32,000 bases of DNA from Planctopirus limnophila DSM 3776 (GCF_000092105.1 NC_014148.1:2790001-2822000), one strand, 5' to 3'; shown: positions 8,547 through 17,612, counted from the first letter of the stretch. A program made the numbers and translations. The notes: generated by a model from the letters alone, not told the origin.

Positions 8547-9929
8547 ATGACCGCTGGCCCTGGCGCCGATTGGCTTCCCGTTTATGAGTATGGTACGGAA
8601 TCAGCAGAGCAGGCTTTACTGACTCTCCGGAAAAAACTGAGCCCGCGCGGCGATATTGTCTCTGATGCAGGTCGTGCCAGAACCATCGAACTCTTCGGTG
8701 CACCGCTTTCGCCTCGTGAGGTGGCAACTCGCATTCTCTCTGAAATCAAAGAGCAGGGAAGAGAAGCTCTGCTGAAGTATGCTCGCTTACTCGACAAGCC
8801 AGATCTTCAAGACGACGATCTGCGTGTTCCTCAAGCAGAAATTGAAGCAGCTCACGCAGCGGTCGATCGACAATTTCTGTCCACGATTCGCCGCATTCGC
8901 GAAAATGTCTCTGAGTTCCAGTCACGGATTCTCCACGAAGATGTCCGTCTCGTCAGACAAGACGGCCTGGCCCGGGTGGAGTTGACTCAGAGATATCTGC
9001 CACTCAAAAGGGTTGGTATCTGCGTTCCCGGCGGTGCCGCAGCTTATCCCTCGACAATTCTCATGACGGCTATCCCCGCCCAGGCTGCGGGAGTTCAAGA
9101 ACTGGCAGTCGTGACGCCTCCCACAAAATTTGGCGCTTACAACACCCACGTTCTGGCCACCTGTGCTGAACTGGGAATCACAGAAGTTTATCGTGTGGGA
9201 GGAGCACAGGCGGTCGCCGCACTGGCTTACGGCGTCGAAGGGATTCCCCGGGTCGATAAAATCGTAGGCCCGGGCAATATGTTCGTCGCACTGGCCAAAC
9301 AACTTGTTTATGGCGATGTCGATATCGACAGCATTGCGGGCCCCAGTGAAGTTGTGGTGATTGCCGATGATTCCGCCACAGCCAGCTTTGTTGCCAGTGA
9401 TCTGCTCTCTCAGGCCGAACACAGCCCCGGATCGAGTATTCTGATCACCTGGCATCGCCCGCTGATCGAAGAAGTGCAAGCGGAAATTCATCGTCAGCTG
9501 ACTGATTTGCCCAGGTCTGAACTGGCCTCAGCGAGCCTGCGAGATTTTGGTGCGATTGTTCTGGTCGATTCGCTCGAAACGGCCTGCCAGTTGACCGATG
9601 AACTTGCCCCCGAGCACCTTCATCTGTCGACGAAATCGCCTGATCAGTTACTAGAGCGGATTCAAAATGCCGGCGCTATTTTTTGCGGACATTACACTCC
9701 CGTTGCACTGGGCGATTACTTTGCCGGGCCTTCGCATGTTCTACCAACAGGGGGAACGGCCCGATTCGCAAATGGGCTCTGTTCGAATGACTTCCTCAAG
9801 CGATCTTCAGTGATTCGCTTCAATCGTGACGCACTCGATGATGCTGCACAGGATGTTCGCACAATCGCGACTGTGGAAGGACTGACGGCGCACAGTCAAA
9901 GTGTCGATATTCGCTTGAAGGATGAATAA
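8547..9929 (+). CDS. hisD: Histidinol dehydrogenase
   Basis: 460 aa with GGAQAVAALAYG, IVGPGNMFV, IAGPSEVVVIAD, LSQAEHSPGS, APEHLHL and HVLPTGGTARF, which are canonical HisD blocks. Confidence 0.93.
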   Translation: MTAGPGADWLPVYEYGTESAEQALLTLRKKLSPRGDIVSDAGRARTIELFGAPLSPREVATRILSEIKEQGREALLKYARLLDKPDLQDDDLRVPQAEIEAAHAAVDRQFLSTIRRIRENVSEFQSRILHEDVRLVRQDGLARVELTQRYLPLKRVGICVPGGAAAYPSTILMTAIPAQAAGVQELAVVTPPTKFGAYNTHVLATCAELGITEVYRVGGAQAVAALAYGVEGIPRVDKIVGPGNMFVALAKQLVYGDVDIDSIAGPSEVVVIADDSATASFVASDLLSQAEHSPGSSILITWHRPLIEEVQAEIHRQLTDLPRSELASASLRDFGAIVLVDSLETACQLTDELAPEHLHLSTKSPDQLLERIQNAGAIFCGHYTPVALGDYFAGPSHVLPTGGTARFANGLCSNDFLKRSSVIRFNRDALDDAAQDVRTIATVEGLTAHSQSVDIRLKDE

Positions 9930-10000
9930 TCCCCTATCGCCACCGAACGGATTCACATTCTGGGATCTTGATCCCTCGAATTGATCATTAAGGATGAAAT

Positions 10001-11143
10001 GTGCCTGCAGACGATTTGAAAGACTGGCCCCACCTGCTCAAAGCCTTCGATGAGGGTGTGGCGACCGGACTGCATCGTGGCCTGCAGATTTACATCTCAC
10101 AACATGGCCAGCTTCTCCTGGAAGCAGCACTGGGAGAAGCCGAATCAGGCCTGCCACTCACCTCAGAACACAGGATGCTCTGGCTTTCTTCAGGTAAGCC
10201 GCTGCTCGTTTTAATCTTTGCCAGAATCTGGGAGCGTGGCCTGATTGGCATCGATCAACCGATTTGCCACTGGATTGAAGAATTCGGTACTCACGGAAAA
10301 GAAACGATCACCTTCCGACATGTTTTAACTCATACAGGCGGCTTTCGCGTTCTCGACCTGGGCTGGGAAACAAAATCGTGGCCAGACGTGATCGAATTAA
10401 TCTGTCGGACATCACTGGAAAATGACTGGGTTGTCGGTGTCACGGCTGGATATCACACCATCAGCAGCTGGTTCATCCTGGCTGAAGCACTCTCGCGGGC
10501 AACAGGGCTTTCTGTGCGGGAGTTGTTCGATCAGGAACTTCGCTATCCCCTCGGCTTGCCAGAATTATCCATCGGCTTATCCGAGGAATGGTACATCGAG
10601 AACCGATCGTCCGTTGCACCCATGTATGCTCGTATCAAAGGGGAATTGCAACTTCTCGATTGGCACCAACCCCCAAGAGCCATCTGCATTTCGCCGGGGA
10701 GTAACACCCGTGGGCGAGCACGAGATCTGGGTGCCGTCTATGAAATGATTCTTAAAGAGGGGGTGGCGGCTGATGGTTCGCGTTACCTCCACCCCACGAC
10801 GATCGCCGCTCTGACAGCCAGGCATCGAGTGGGCCTGTTTGATTTGACGCTTCAGCATATCGTCGATTTTGGACTGGGTTTCATCATTAACTCGAAGGCT
10901 TATGGCCCGGAGACCGTACCATATAGTTATGGACTCTGGACCTCCCCGCGAACGTTTGGTCATGGTGGTTCTCAATCATCCATTGGGTTCTGCGATCCTG
11001 AATCGGGGATTGTTGTCACCTGGGCCACGAATGGAATGCCCGGAGAAGGGTGGCATCAGCGACGAAATCGAGCATTACAGCATGCCATCGGACTCGACCT
11101 GTTTGAGAGATTTCCGCAGCTCAATACGGGAGCCAGCACTTGA
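10001..11143 (+). CDS. Beta-lactamase-fold serine hydrolase (S12-like; D-aminopeptidase / DD-peptidase / family VIII esterase class)
   Basis: 380 aa, GTG start at 10001 preceded by AAGGA (9990-9994). SxxK motif (LSSGKPLL), HVLTHTGG, and a C-terminal FGHGGSQSS (HxG box). Confidence 0.8.
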   Translation: MPADDLKDWPHLLKAFDEGVATGLHRGLQIYISQHGQLLLEAALGEAESGLPLTSEHRMLWLSSGKPLLVLIFARIWERGLIGIDQPICHWIEEFGTHGKETITFRHVLTHTGGFRVLDLGWETKSWPDVIELICRTSLENDWVVGVTAGYHTISSWFILAEALSRATGLSVRELFDQELRYPLGLPELSIGLSEEWYIENRSSVAPMYARIKGELQLLDWHQPPRAICISPGSNTRGRARDLGAVYEMILKEGVAADGSRYLHPTTIAALTARHRVGLFDLTLQHIVDFGLGFIINSKAYGPETVPYSYGLWTSPRTFGHGGSQSSIGFCDPESGIVVTWATNGMPGEGWHQRRNRALQHAIGLDLFERFPQLNTGAST

Positions 11144-12282
11144 AAGGATTGAGTTGTGACATCGTGATCCTCGGTGCCGGAGTCGTGGGCTTATCGATGG
11201 CTCTCGAGCTTCGTCGTCAGGGTTTGGGTGTCATTGTTCTTGAAAAGTCGCTGCCGGGACAAGAAGCTTCCTGGGCAGGAGCGGGCATGCTCCCACCAGG
11301 CTATCAGCTGGATCACTCTTCCTCTGAAGCTCGACTGAGAGCCATGTCTCATCAGCTCTGGAATTCCTGGGCTGATCAACTCTCCTCGGAAACGGGGATT
11401 GATATTGGCTATCGCAGGCAAGGTGCTGTGGGCCTGATACCAAGTGGGGATTCGCAGCGTCAGCTCTTTGATGATTACGCGCAGGAAGGGGTGACTGTTG
11501 AACAACTCTCGAAAGAAGATCTAAAGCATCGCTTTGGCTGCCAATCCTCCACCGAGGAAACAGGTTTTTTCATTCCAGAGTTTGGTCAGGTACGAAATCC
11601 CAGATATCTCCGCGCATTGCAGACAGCCTTTCAGCAGGCCGGTGGCATCATCAAATCACAGACGACGGTCGCTCAGTGGAATATCAGCACTTCTGAAGGG
11701 ATTCGCTTAACCACCACCAATGGCGAAGAAATTTGCGGCGACAAACTGATTCTGGCCACAGGAGCCTGGACGCAACATCTTCTGCGGCGTTCCTCTGATG
11801 TCATAAACCCGGGAATTCGCCCCATTCGCGGACAGATTGCCTTACTCAAGGAAAGCATCCCCACGCTTTCTACGATTATTGAACGTGGCAAGCAGTACGT
11901 GGTTCCCAGGGGTGATGGTTATGTGCTGATTGGTTCCACCGAAGATGACTGTGGATTTGATCGATCAACTCAGCCGGAGTCGATTCAGCAACTGGTTGCA
12001 TTTGGCACTCGTCTTGTCCCATCTTTGCTTAATGCCCAACTGGAAAGATCCTGGGCCGGCCTCAGGCCTTGGAACGGTTCGACAACCCCCTGGATCGGTT
12101 GGATGAGTGAAGCAGGGTGCGGAGCCCATGAACGGGTTTTGATCGCTGCCGGACACTTTCGTCATGGCCTGCAGATGTCTCCGGCCACCGCCCAACTGGC
12201 CCGACAGTTGATCCTGCAGCAACCGACAGCCATCAGTTTACCTCCCATCTCTCCGGAACTGGCCTTAGCTCAGCCGGCATAG
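11140..12282 (+). CDS. thiO: FAD-dependent glycine oxidase / D-amino-acid-oxidase family protein (ThiO-like)
   Basis: 380 aa. N-terminal Rossmann dinucleotide motif DIVILGAGVVGLSMALEL...VLEK and C-terminal AAGHFRHGLQMSPATA, typical of ThiO/DAO enzymes. The TTG start overlaps the upstream TGA (TTGA at 11140-11143), with GGGAG 7 nt upstream. Family is confident, exact substrate is not. Confidence 0.75.
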   Translation: MKGLSCDIVILGAGVVGLSMALELRRQGLGVIVLEKSLPGQEASWAGAGMLPPGYQLDHSSSEARLRAMSHQLWNSWADQLSSETGIDIGYRRQGAVGLIPSGDSQRQLFDDYAQEGVTVEQLSKEDLKHRFGCQSSTEETGFFIPEFGQVRNPRYLRALQTAFQQAGGIIKSQTTVAQWNISTSEGIRLTTTNGEEICGDKLILATGAWTQHLLRRSSDVINPGIRPIRGQIALLKESIPTLSTIIERGKQYVVPRGDGYVLIGSTEDDCGFDRSTQPESIQQLVAFGTRLVPSLLNAQLERSWAGLRPWNGSTTPWIGWMSEAGCGAHERVLIAAGHFRHGLQMSPATAQLARQLILQQPTAISLPPISPELALAQPA

Positions 12283-12303
12283 TCAGGCCATCGAGGATAC
12301 GGC

Positions 12304-12753
12304 ATGAGAGCAGTCGTTCAACGAGTGACAGAAGCCCGTGTCAAAGTGGCGGGCAAGATCGTGGGCGAGATTGGCCGTGGTCTGATGGTGCTGATTGGTG
12401 TCAGCACGCGTGACACAGAGGCCGACGCGGAATGGTTGGCAGACAAGTTGGTGGGTCTCCGCATCTTTGAAGACGAGGACGGAAAAATGAACCTCGCCTG
12501 CACTGAGATCGGGGGAAGTGTTCTGGCTGTCTCTCAATTCACACTTCTGGGAGATGCTCGTCAGGGCCGGCGTCCCAGTTTCACTATGGCCGCCAGACCA
12601 GAACTGGCAGAGCCACTTTACGAGCAGGTCGTTTCCATTCTCCGTGATCGAGGGCTTAACGTGCAGACAGGTCAGTTCCGTACGGAAATGAAAGTCGAAC
12701 TGATCAACGATGGGCCAGTCACCATGCTGCTCGACAGCCAGAAACTTTTTTAA
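12304..12753 (+). CDS. dtd: D-aminoacyl-tRNA deacylase
   Basis: 149 aa: [15 protein letters not shown]...[10 protein letters not shown]...VSQFTLLGD...GRRPSF...NDGPVT. Full-length Dtd signature, with GAGGA 6 nt upstream of the ATG. Confidence 0.93.
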   Translation: MRAVVQRVTEARVKVAGKIVGEIGRGLMVLIGVSTRDTEADAEWLADKLVGLRIFEDEDGKMNLACTEIGGSVLAVSQFTLLGDARQGRRPSFTMAARPELAEPLYEQVVSILRDRGLNVQTGQFRTEMKVELINDGPVTMLLDSQKLF

Positions 12754-13040
12754 GTTTTGCCGGGCAAGTTCTTCCTGGTCAGCCGCCCGAGTTGCATCGC
12801 GACAACTTTCGGGCTGATGAGCAAAACTCCTCATCGATCTTTCGCTTCACCCAGCGATCAACAGGGGAGCATCTCAGAGGAGCCAATCGACGGGTTCAAG
12901 CCAGCCGCAAATTCGGTACGACGATTCCCAACTGGATTTCTGGGTCGAAAAGCAACATAACGGACATTATCGGACGTTGCAGTTGGGGGTGTTTTTTGTT
13001 GTCTGGCGACACGGAATGGACTGGCTGGCCTGCTAACGAA

Positions 13041-13082
13041 AACAGACAGCCCGGTGGCGGCTTGCCTTCCGGGCTGTCTGTT
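13041..13082. terminator. Strong hairpin between convergent dtd and accA; probable accA terminator, possibly bidirectional
   Basis: Perfect 14-bp stem: AACAGACAGCCCGG (13041-13054) with CCGGGCTGTCTGTT (13069-13082), 14-nt loop. On the minus strand it is followed by TTTTCGTT and lies 45 nt after the accA stop. Confidence 0.75.
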
Positions 13083-13126
13083 CGTGAGGCTTGAAGTTCA
13101 CTCTGTCTATGAAACAGATTCGCCTC

Positions 13127-14149
13127 TTATTTGGAATTGCTCACGAGAGTCTGCTCTGCCGTGGGCGCTTCCTGGCTGATCTTGGTTTGGACGACTTCGT
13201 CAAACTCGCCAATCTTGCGGAACTTCTGATATCGCTGTTCCAAAAGTTCCGGCCCGCTCAATGGCAAGAGTGCTCGCAGTTGTCGAACGATGGTCGCCTT
13301 CAAGTTGGTGGCCATGGCCCGATGATCGCGATGGGCGCCACCCAACGGTTCAGGGATCACTTCATCGACGATCCCGAAACGGAGCAAATCTTTCCCGGTG
13401 AACTTGAGTGCCCGGGCGGCCTTATCGGCAAATTTCACATGCTTCCACAGAATCCCCGCACAGCCTTCGGGACTGATCACGGAGTAATAAGCAAACTGAA
13501 GGACTGAAACCGTGTTCCCAATGCCAATCCCCAGAGCACCACCAGACCCCCCTTCACCAATCACCACGGAAATGATCGGGACGGGTAACCGGGCCATCTC
13601 TCGGAGATTGTAGGCGATCGTGTAAGCCTGGCCCCGCTCTTCGGCACCGACGCCTGGATAGGCGCCTGGAGTATCAATGAGGCACACAATCGGCAGACCG
13701 TACTTGGCGGCCATCTGCATCTTCAAAAGAGCCTTACGATATCCTTCGGGATGAGCACAGCCATAGAAGCATTCATTTCGCTCTTTGAGCGTGCGGCCTT
13801 TCTGCTGGCCGATGAACATCACCTTGTAATCATCCAGTTTGGCGAAACCAGTGATAATGGCCCGGTCGTCGCCAAATGTCCGGTCTCCGTGCAGTTCGAT
13901 GAACTCATCACAGATCAGTTCGATGTAATCGAGAGTTTGTGGTCTCTCAGGATGACGGGCGACCTTGACAACATCCCAGGCGTCAAGATTCTCAAAAACT
14001 TCTCGCTTCATCCTCGCCAGTTCAAGTCGGACAGTGCGGATGGATTCGAGAATTGCCGGTGTGGGATTCGACTGCGATTCCAGTTGCGAGAGTTGATCCT
14101 CGAGCTGAAAGATCGGGCGTTCAAACGGGAGCTGAAATTGCGGTGACAT
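13127..14149 (-). CDS. accA: Acetyl-CoA carboxylase carboxyltransferase subunit alpha
   Basis: ORF 13127..14179. Likely start is ATG 14149 (MSPQFQLPFERPIFQLEDQL). RHPERPQTLDYI, FGDDRAIITGFAKL, DTPGAYPG and EGGSGGAL are AccA hallmarks. Confidence 0.92.
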   Translation of the reverse strand: MSPQFQLPFERPIFQLEDQLSQLESQSNPTPAILESIRTVRLELARMKREVFENLDAWDVVKVARHPERPQTLDYIELICDEFIELHGDRTFGDDRAIITGFAKLDDYKVMFIGQQKGRTLKERNECFYGCAHPEGYRKALLKMQMAAKYGLPIVCLIDTPGAYPGVGAEERGQAYTIAYNLREMARLPVPIISVVIGEGGSGGALGIGIGNTVSVLQFAYYSVISPEGCAGILWKHVKFADKAARALKFTGKDLLRFGIVDEVIPEPLGGAHRDHRAMATNLKATIVRQLRALLPLSGPELLEQRYQKFRKIGEFDEVVQTKISQEAPTAEQTLVSNSK

Positions 14150-14342
14150 AAAACTTCCATGGCATGACAGACACGGCAATTGCTCCGCTGCTGCCAGTCA
14201 GCGGGTTGCTCCGCATGACCGGCCAATCGCAATCACTGGGTGAAAGTCAATGGTCGTCAAAAATTCACAGGGATGCCGAGGTCTCCCAATGACGGAGAAT
14301 TCGGCGAATCTCCCAATTTGGGATTACCGTTAAGTTAATCAG

Positions 14343-15965
14343 TTAGATCACATCCGGCAATTCCGTCATGACTTCGAGATCATCATCGCTGGAACCCGAA
14401 CCTTGAGCTGTGGGATGGGGAGCGTTTGGCCGGGGAGGCACCTGCCCTGGCCCGGGCGGCTTGGGCGGCATGGACTGAGGAGGTCGCCCAGCCATTGGCG
14501 GATTCTGGGGAGGCATGGGAGGCCCTGCCGGTGGTGCATTGGGAATGGGTGCTGCTGATCCTGCTGGTCGCGGCATTTGTGCTGGGAAACCCGCTTGTGC
14601 CGGGCGGGGGGGCCCTTGGGGAGGAATTCCCGGTTGAGGCATGCCTCCCGGTGGCATCACTCCCGGGGGAAGCATGCCAGGTGGTACAGAACCTGGCGGC
14701 ATCATTCCTGTAGGAACCATACCGGGAGGGGCCATGGCTGCTGGAGCCATTCCCGGAGGATAAGCGTTCGGAGCGAAGTTCCCTGGGGGGCCATAAGGTG
14801 ATGGTGCATAAGGGTTTTGAGGCATCACACCAGGCGGCAGCATGCCCGGTGGAAAATTCTGTGGAGGTGGCCCCCCTTGTGACTGTGGCCGCTGCGCTGT
14901 GGGCGGTGCTCCCCCTGGCCTGGTCTGTGGCGCTTGTGCGGCGGCCGCCTTTTTTGCCTTTGCTTGTTTACGCCGTTCAAGTTCGGCCGAGTGACGAGCC
15001 CCCAGTTCCGGGTTATCGCGGATCATCTGCTGGCGTAACACATCGGCCCGGCTGTCGACCTGCACTTCCCCCAGCGTCTCCATAATCCTGGCTTCTTCAC
15101 TCAGCTTTTCATTATCGAGAGCCTTAGGGACGACATCTTCCTTGAAGATGCGAATTCGTCGGAGTTCAGAATTGATCTCCTGAAAATCCTTGTATCGATT
15201 CTGTGGCTTCTTAGCCATCAGCCTCTGAATCACACGATCCATCTCGGGGGTGACGTTAGGATTCAGTGACGAAGCCATGGGTGGTTCCATGGCAATATGC
15301 TTCTGCAGCAATTCCTGAGGTGTGGAACCTTGGAATGGCATTTTTCCACCAGTCACGATCTCAAAAAGCGTCACGCCATAGCTGTACATATCTGTCTGGA
15401 ACGAGGGGGCGCGCTTCAGAATCGTTTCCGGCGCGAGGTACATTCGCGTCCCTTGAATCACCTTGACACCACCGCCACCCATGAGTTTCGAAAGTGCGCC
15501 GGGCGGGTGCATGGCCAGAGAGAAGTCAATCAATTTCACTTCACCGGCCCGATTCATCAGCACGTTTTCCGGCTTGTAATCTCGATGAATCCAGCCTTTC
15601 TGGTGCAGGTGAGCCATGGCCTGGCAAGTGCCTTCGATATATTTGGCAATTCTCGATTGCAGAGCCGCCGGCTCCCCCTTGATTTGCAGCTTCACATTGA
15701 CTGCCCGAAAGTATTCCATCAGCAGGTAGGAGTGATCCCGCCCAATGACGAGTTTCTCGTTGCGGATGATATTCGGGTGATCGAGCGTCTTACCGACGGC
15801 GGCTTCCATCCGCAAAGTGGCTTTGGCAGCTGCTTTATCAGGGACATTCGCGAGCATGAGCTTCATCGCCAGAGTGCGGCCCCCCGGCCCACCTTCCTGA
15901 ACTTCCCAAACTTGAGTCGTACTTCCTGTCGCGATGGGACTGATCAGTTGGTACTCATCGATCAT
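14343..15965 (-). CDS. Hanks-type Ser/Thr protein kinase with a roughly 180-aa Pro/Gly/Met-rich C-terminal tail
   Basis: ORF 14343..16040 begins with TTG. The kinase core starts right after ATG 15965 (MIDEYQLISPIATGSTTQVWEV). LAMKLM, HRDYKPENVL, DFS (in place of DFG) and YLAPE are present. The C-terminal tail is made of PPGM/PPGV-type repeats and ends with the acidic DDDLEVMTELPDVI. Confidence 0.88.
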   Translation of the reverse strand: MIDEYQLISPIATGSTTQVWEVQEGGPGGRTLAMKLMLANVPDKAAAKATLRMEAAVGKTLDHPNIIRNEKLVIGRDHSYLLMEYFRAVNVKLQIKGEPAALQSRIAKYIEGTCQAMAHLHQKGWIHRDYKPENVLMNRAGEVKLIDFSLAMHPPGALSKLMGGGGVKVIQGTRMYLAPETILKRAPSFQTDMYSYGVTLFEIVTGGKMPFQGSTPQELLQKHIAMEPPMASSLNPNVTPEMDRVIQRLMAKKPQNRYKDFQEINSELRRIRIFKEDVVPKALDNEKLSEEARIMETLGEVQVDSRADVLRQQMIRDNPELGARHSAELERRKQAKAKKAAAAQAPQTRPGGAPPTAQRPQSQGGPPPQNFPPGMLPPGVMPQNPYAPSPYGPPGNFAPNAYPPGMAPAAMAPPGMVPTGMMPPGSVPPGMLPPGVMPPGGMPQPGIPPQGPPRPAQAGFPAQMPRPAGSAAPIPNAPPAGPPMPPQNPPMAGRPPQSMPPKPPGPGQVPPRPNAPHPTAQGSGSSDDDLEVMTELPDVI

Positions 15966-16243
15966 ATTGCTGTCGTCGTCACTCAAGGGTCTGCTCACTG
16001 AATGGAAGATTGGTCGGGAAATACAACAGCGACGGGTCAACCTGAGGAATGGGCGATAACGGGCTCCCCTTCTGAAACAGAATCAGGCACGAGTACATGC
16101 CATCAATCCATTCCATCCAACAAAGGCCAATTGCCACTCCAGGGAAACTTCCAGATAGGTAAGTTCCTCCTTTTAGAATAATTATGCTGATCAGCAGATT
16201 TCCAGCAGGTTATTGCCTGCCGGGAAAAATGATGACCAAGTTC

Positions 16244-16282
16244 AAAGAAAAGGGCTCGCAGAGAATTCCTCTGCGAGCCCTT
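16244..16282 (-). terminator. Intrinsic terminator (second of two downstream of the HlyD-like gene)
   Basis: Perfect 12-bp stem GGGCTCGCAGAG (16252-16263) with CTCTGCGAGCCC (16269-16280), 5-nt loop, extendable by two A-T pairs. On the minus strand it is followed by TTTTCTTTG. Confidence 0.75.
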
Positions 16283-16371
16283 CAAGTGACCACAACTCAA
16301 TCCACGAATTACCTGTCAGAAAACCTGAGCACCCTTGAACGTGAATCGAGCTAACTGATACGCGTCGCTTT

Positions 16372-16396
16372 GAAAAAATGCTTAACGGGTAAGCAT
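16372..16396 (-). terminator. Intrinsic terminator-like hairpin 34 nt after the HlyD-like stop
   Basis: ATGCTTA (16378-16384) pairs with TAAGCAT (16390-16396), loop ACGGG. A run of T follows on the minus strand (A-run 16373-16377). The stem is AT-rich and only 7 bp. A competing GTAAGCA/TGCTTAC pairing overlaps it. Confidence 0.5.
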
Positions 16397-16429
16397 TGCT
16401 TACACACGAAGTCACACCCAGAAATGCGA

Positions 16430-17575
16430 TCAAAAGCCGACGTCAGAATTACCTGGGGGTGGGGTACGACCAGGAGTGGCTGGTGTCGCCCCTGGTTTGG
16501 TCGTCAACTGGCTGGGTTGAATCTGGAATCCATCACCGAGAGTGTGAGACGATTCATAAACCACCTCGTCACCGGTCAGGAAAGCTCCACTGACAAACAA
16601 ACGACCGGTGCCAACCGATGCCAGCAAATTGACAGGGATATCGCGAATGACGTTGAGCCGCACAACCTGGACTTTGCGACCACCATCACCAGAATTGAGT
16701 ATTGCGGCTGCCGGTACTTCGACCACATTCTGCCTCGGAATCATCGGGGGATAGACCGTCATCCCGGATTTCAATTTTCCGTCGGTGTTCTCGAAAATCA
16801 CAATCGCACTCGTGACCGTCTCGAACAGATCTCGCAGGTTGTCAAACCTGGGATTCAGTGGGAGGACAGATTCGATCTTCCCTTCGAGTTCATTTCCTTC
16901 AATTTTGAGTTTTACAGCTTTCCCGACTTCTGCGGCGGCCCGTTCGATGGGAACTTCCACCACAATCTGGGAAGAATCTGCCACAACCGCGACCGGTTGC
17001 CCTGCCCTGACAAACTCGCCAGTCGCGACGAGAAATCGCTCGATCTCGCCATCAAAGGGTGCTCGAATCGAAGTCTGATCGAAGATGAGTTGTGCGAGAT
17101 CGAGTTCTGCCTTGGCAGCTTCAAGCTTTGCATCGCTGACGGCCTTGGCCGATTCCGAACCATCTCCCGATTTCTGCTCAAGTGTCGCCACTTTGAAGAG
17201 TGCTTTGGCACGATCCAACTGCAGTTTGGCCCGTGTATTTTCCAGCCGGAGAATCTCGGACTGTCCGGCGACTTTGGCGCCGGGTTTTTGCGTGATGGAT
17301 CGAATCACGCCATCGGCGGGAGCAACCAGTTCGACTCGTGATTTCGGTACGAGAGAAAAGTTGATTCGGTACTTCTGGGGGTCAATCAACTGCACCCCTT
17401 CCCGCTTGATCACAATCTGATCACCAGGACTGGCAATGGGTTTAGCCTCGCCTGTTTCAGCTGCTGGAGCAGCGGGAGGCTGGGCCAGACCCGGTGCGGG
17501 ATCAGTCAGGAGGAATGTTGCCCCCATCATCGACAGCGAAACACTCTGCCTGAGTGCTCTTAAATCAAACGCCAT
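16430..17575 (-). CDS. HlyD / RND-adaptor-type periplasmic membrane-fusion protein (orphan)
   Basis: 381 aa with ATG at 17575 and an N-terminal signal. Lipoyl-like halves (VELVAPADGVIRSI...; IRAPFDGEIERFLV) flank a coiled-coil hairpin (RAKLQLDRAKALF...AKLEAAKAELDLAQ), followed by a beta-barrel-like C-terminus. No pump or ABC partner gene is adjacent. Confidence 0.8.
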   Translation of the reverse strand: MAFDLRALRQSVSLSMMGATFLLTDPAPGLAQPPAAPAAETGEAKPIASPGDQIVIKREGVQLIDPQKYRINFSLVPKSRVELVAPADGVIRSITQKPGAKVAGQSEILRLENTRAKLQLDRAKALFKVATLEQKSGDGSESAKAVSDAKLEAAKAELDLAQLIFDQTSIRAPFDGEIERFLVATGEFVRAGQPVAVVADSSQIVVEVPIERAAAEVGKAVKLKIEGNELEGKIESVLPLNPRFDNLRDLFETVTSAIVIFENTDGKLKSGMTVYPPMIPRQNVVEVPAAAILNSGDGGRKVQVVRLNVIRDIPVNLLASVGTGRLFVSGAFLTGDEVVYESSHTLGDGFQIQPSQLTTKPGATPATPGRTPPPGNSDVGF

Positions 17576-17612
17576 GAAGACAGCCTTTCAAACGGTGGCG
17601 CTCACAAATCAA

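Noticed and set aside
8360-8587. 75-aa ORF upstream of and overlapping the hisD start, considered as a possible his leader peptide
   Set aside because: It has no run of His codons, is GTG-initiated, overlaps the hisD start out of frame, and no attenuator hairpin set is visible.
12283-12834. 183-aa minus-strand ORF completely covering dtd
   Set aside because: The plus-strand frame is an unmistakable full-length Dtd with an SD. The antisense ORF has no family features.
14426-15085. Chain of 74-95-aa plus-strand ORFs opposite the Pro-rich kinase tail
   Set aside because: This is an artefact of the CCN/GGN-rich repeat region. The reverse complement of Pro/Gly codons is stop-poor.
16370-17341. 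323-aa plus-strand ORF antisense to the HlyD-like gene
   Set aside because: No recognisable motifs and an odd composition (many Arg/Cys/Phe). The opposite frame has the full membrane-fusion-protein architecture. It also runs through the terminator hairpins.
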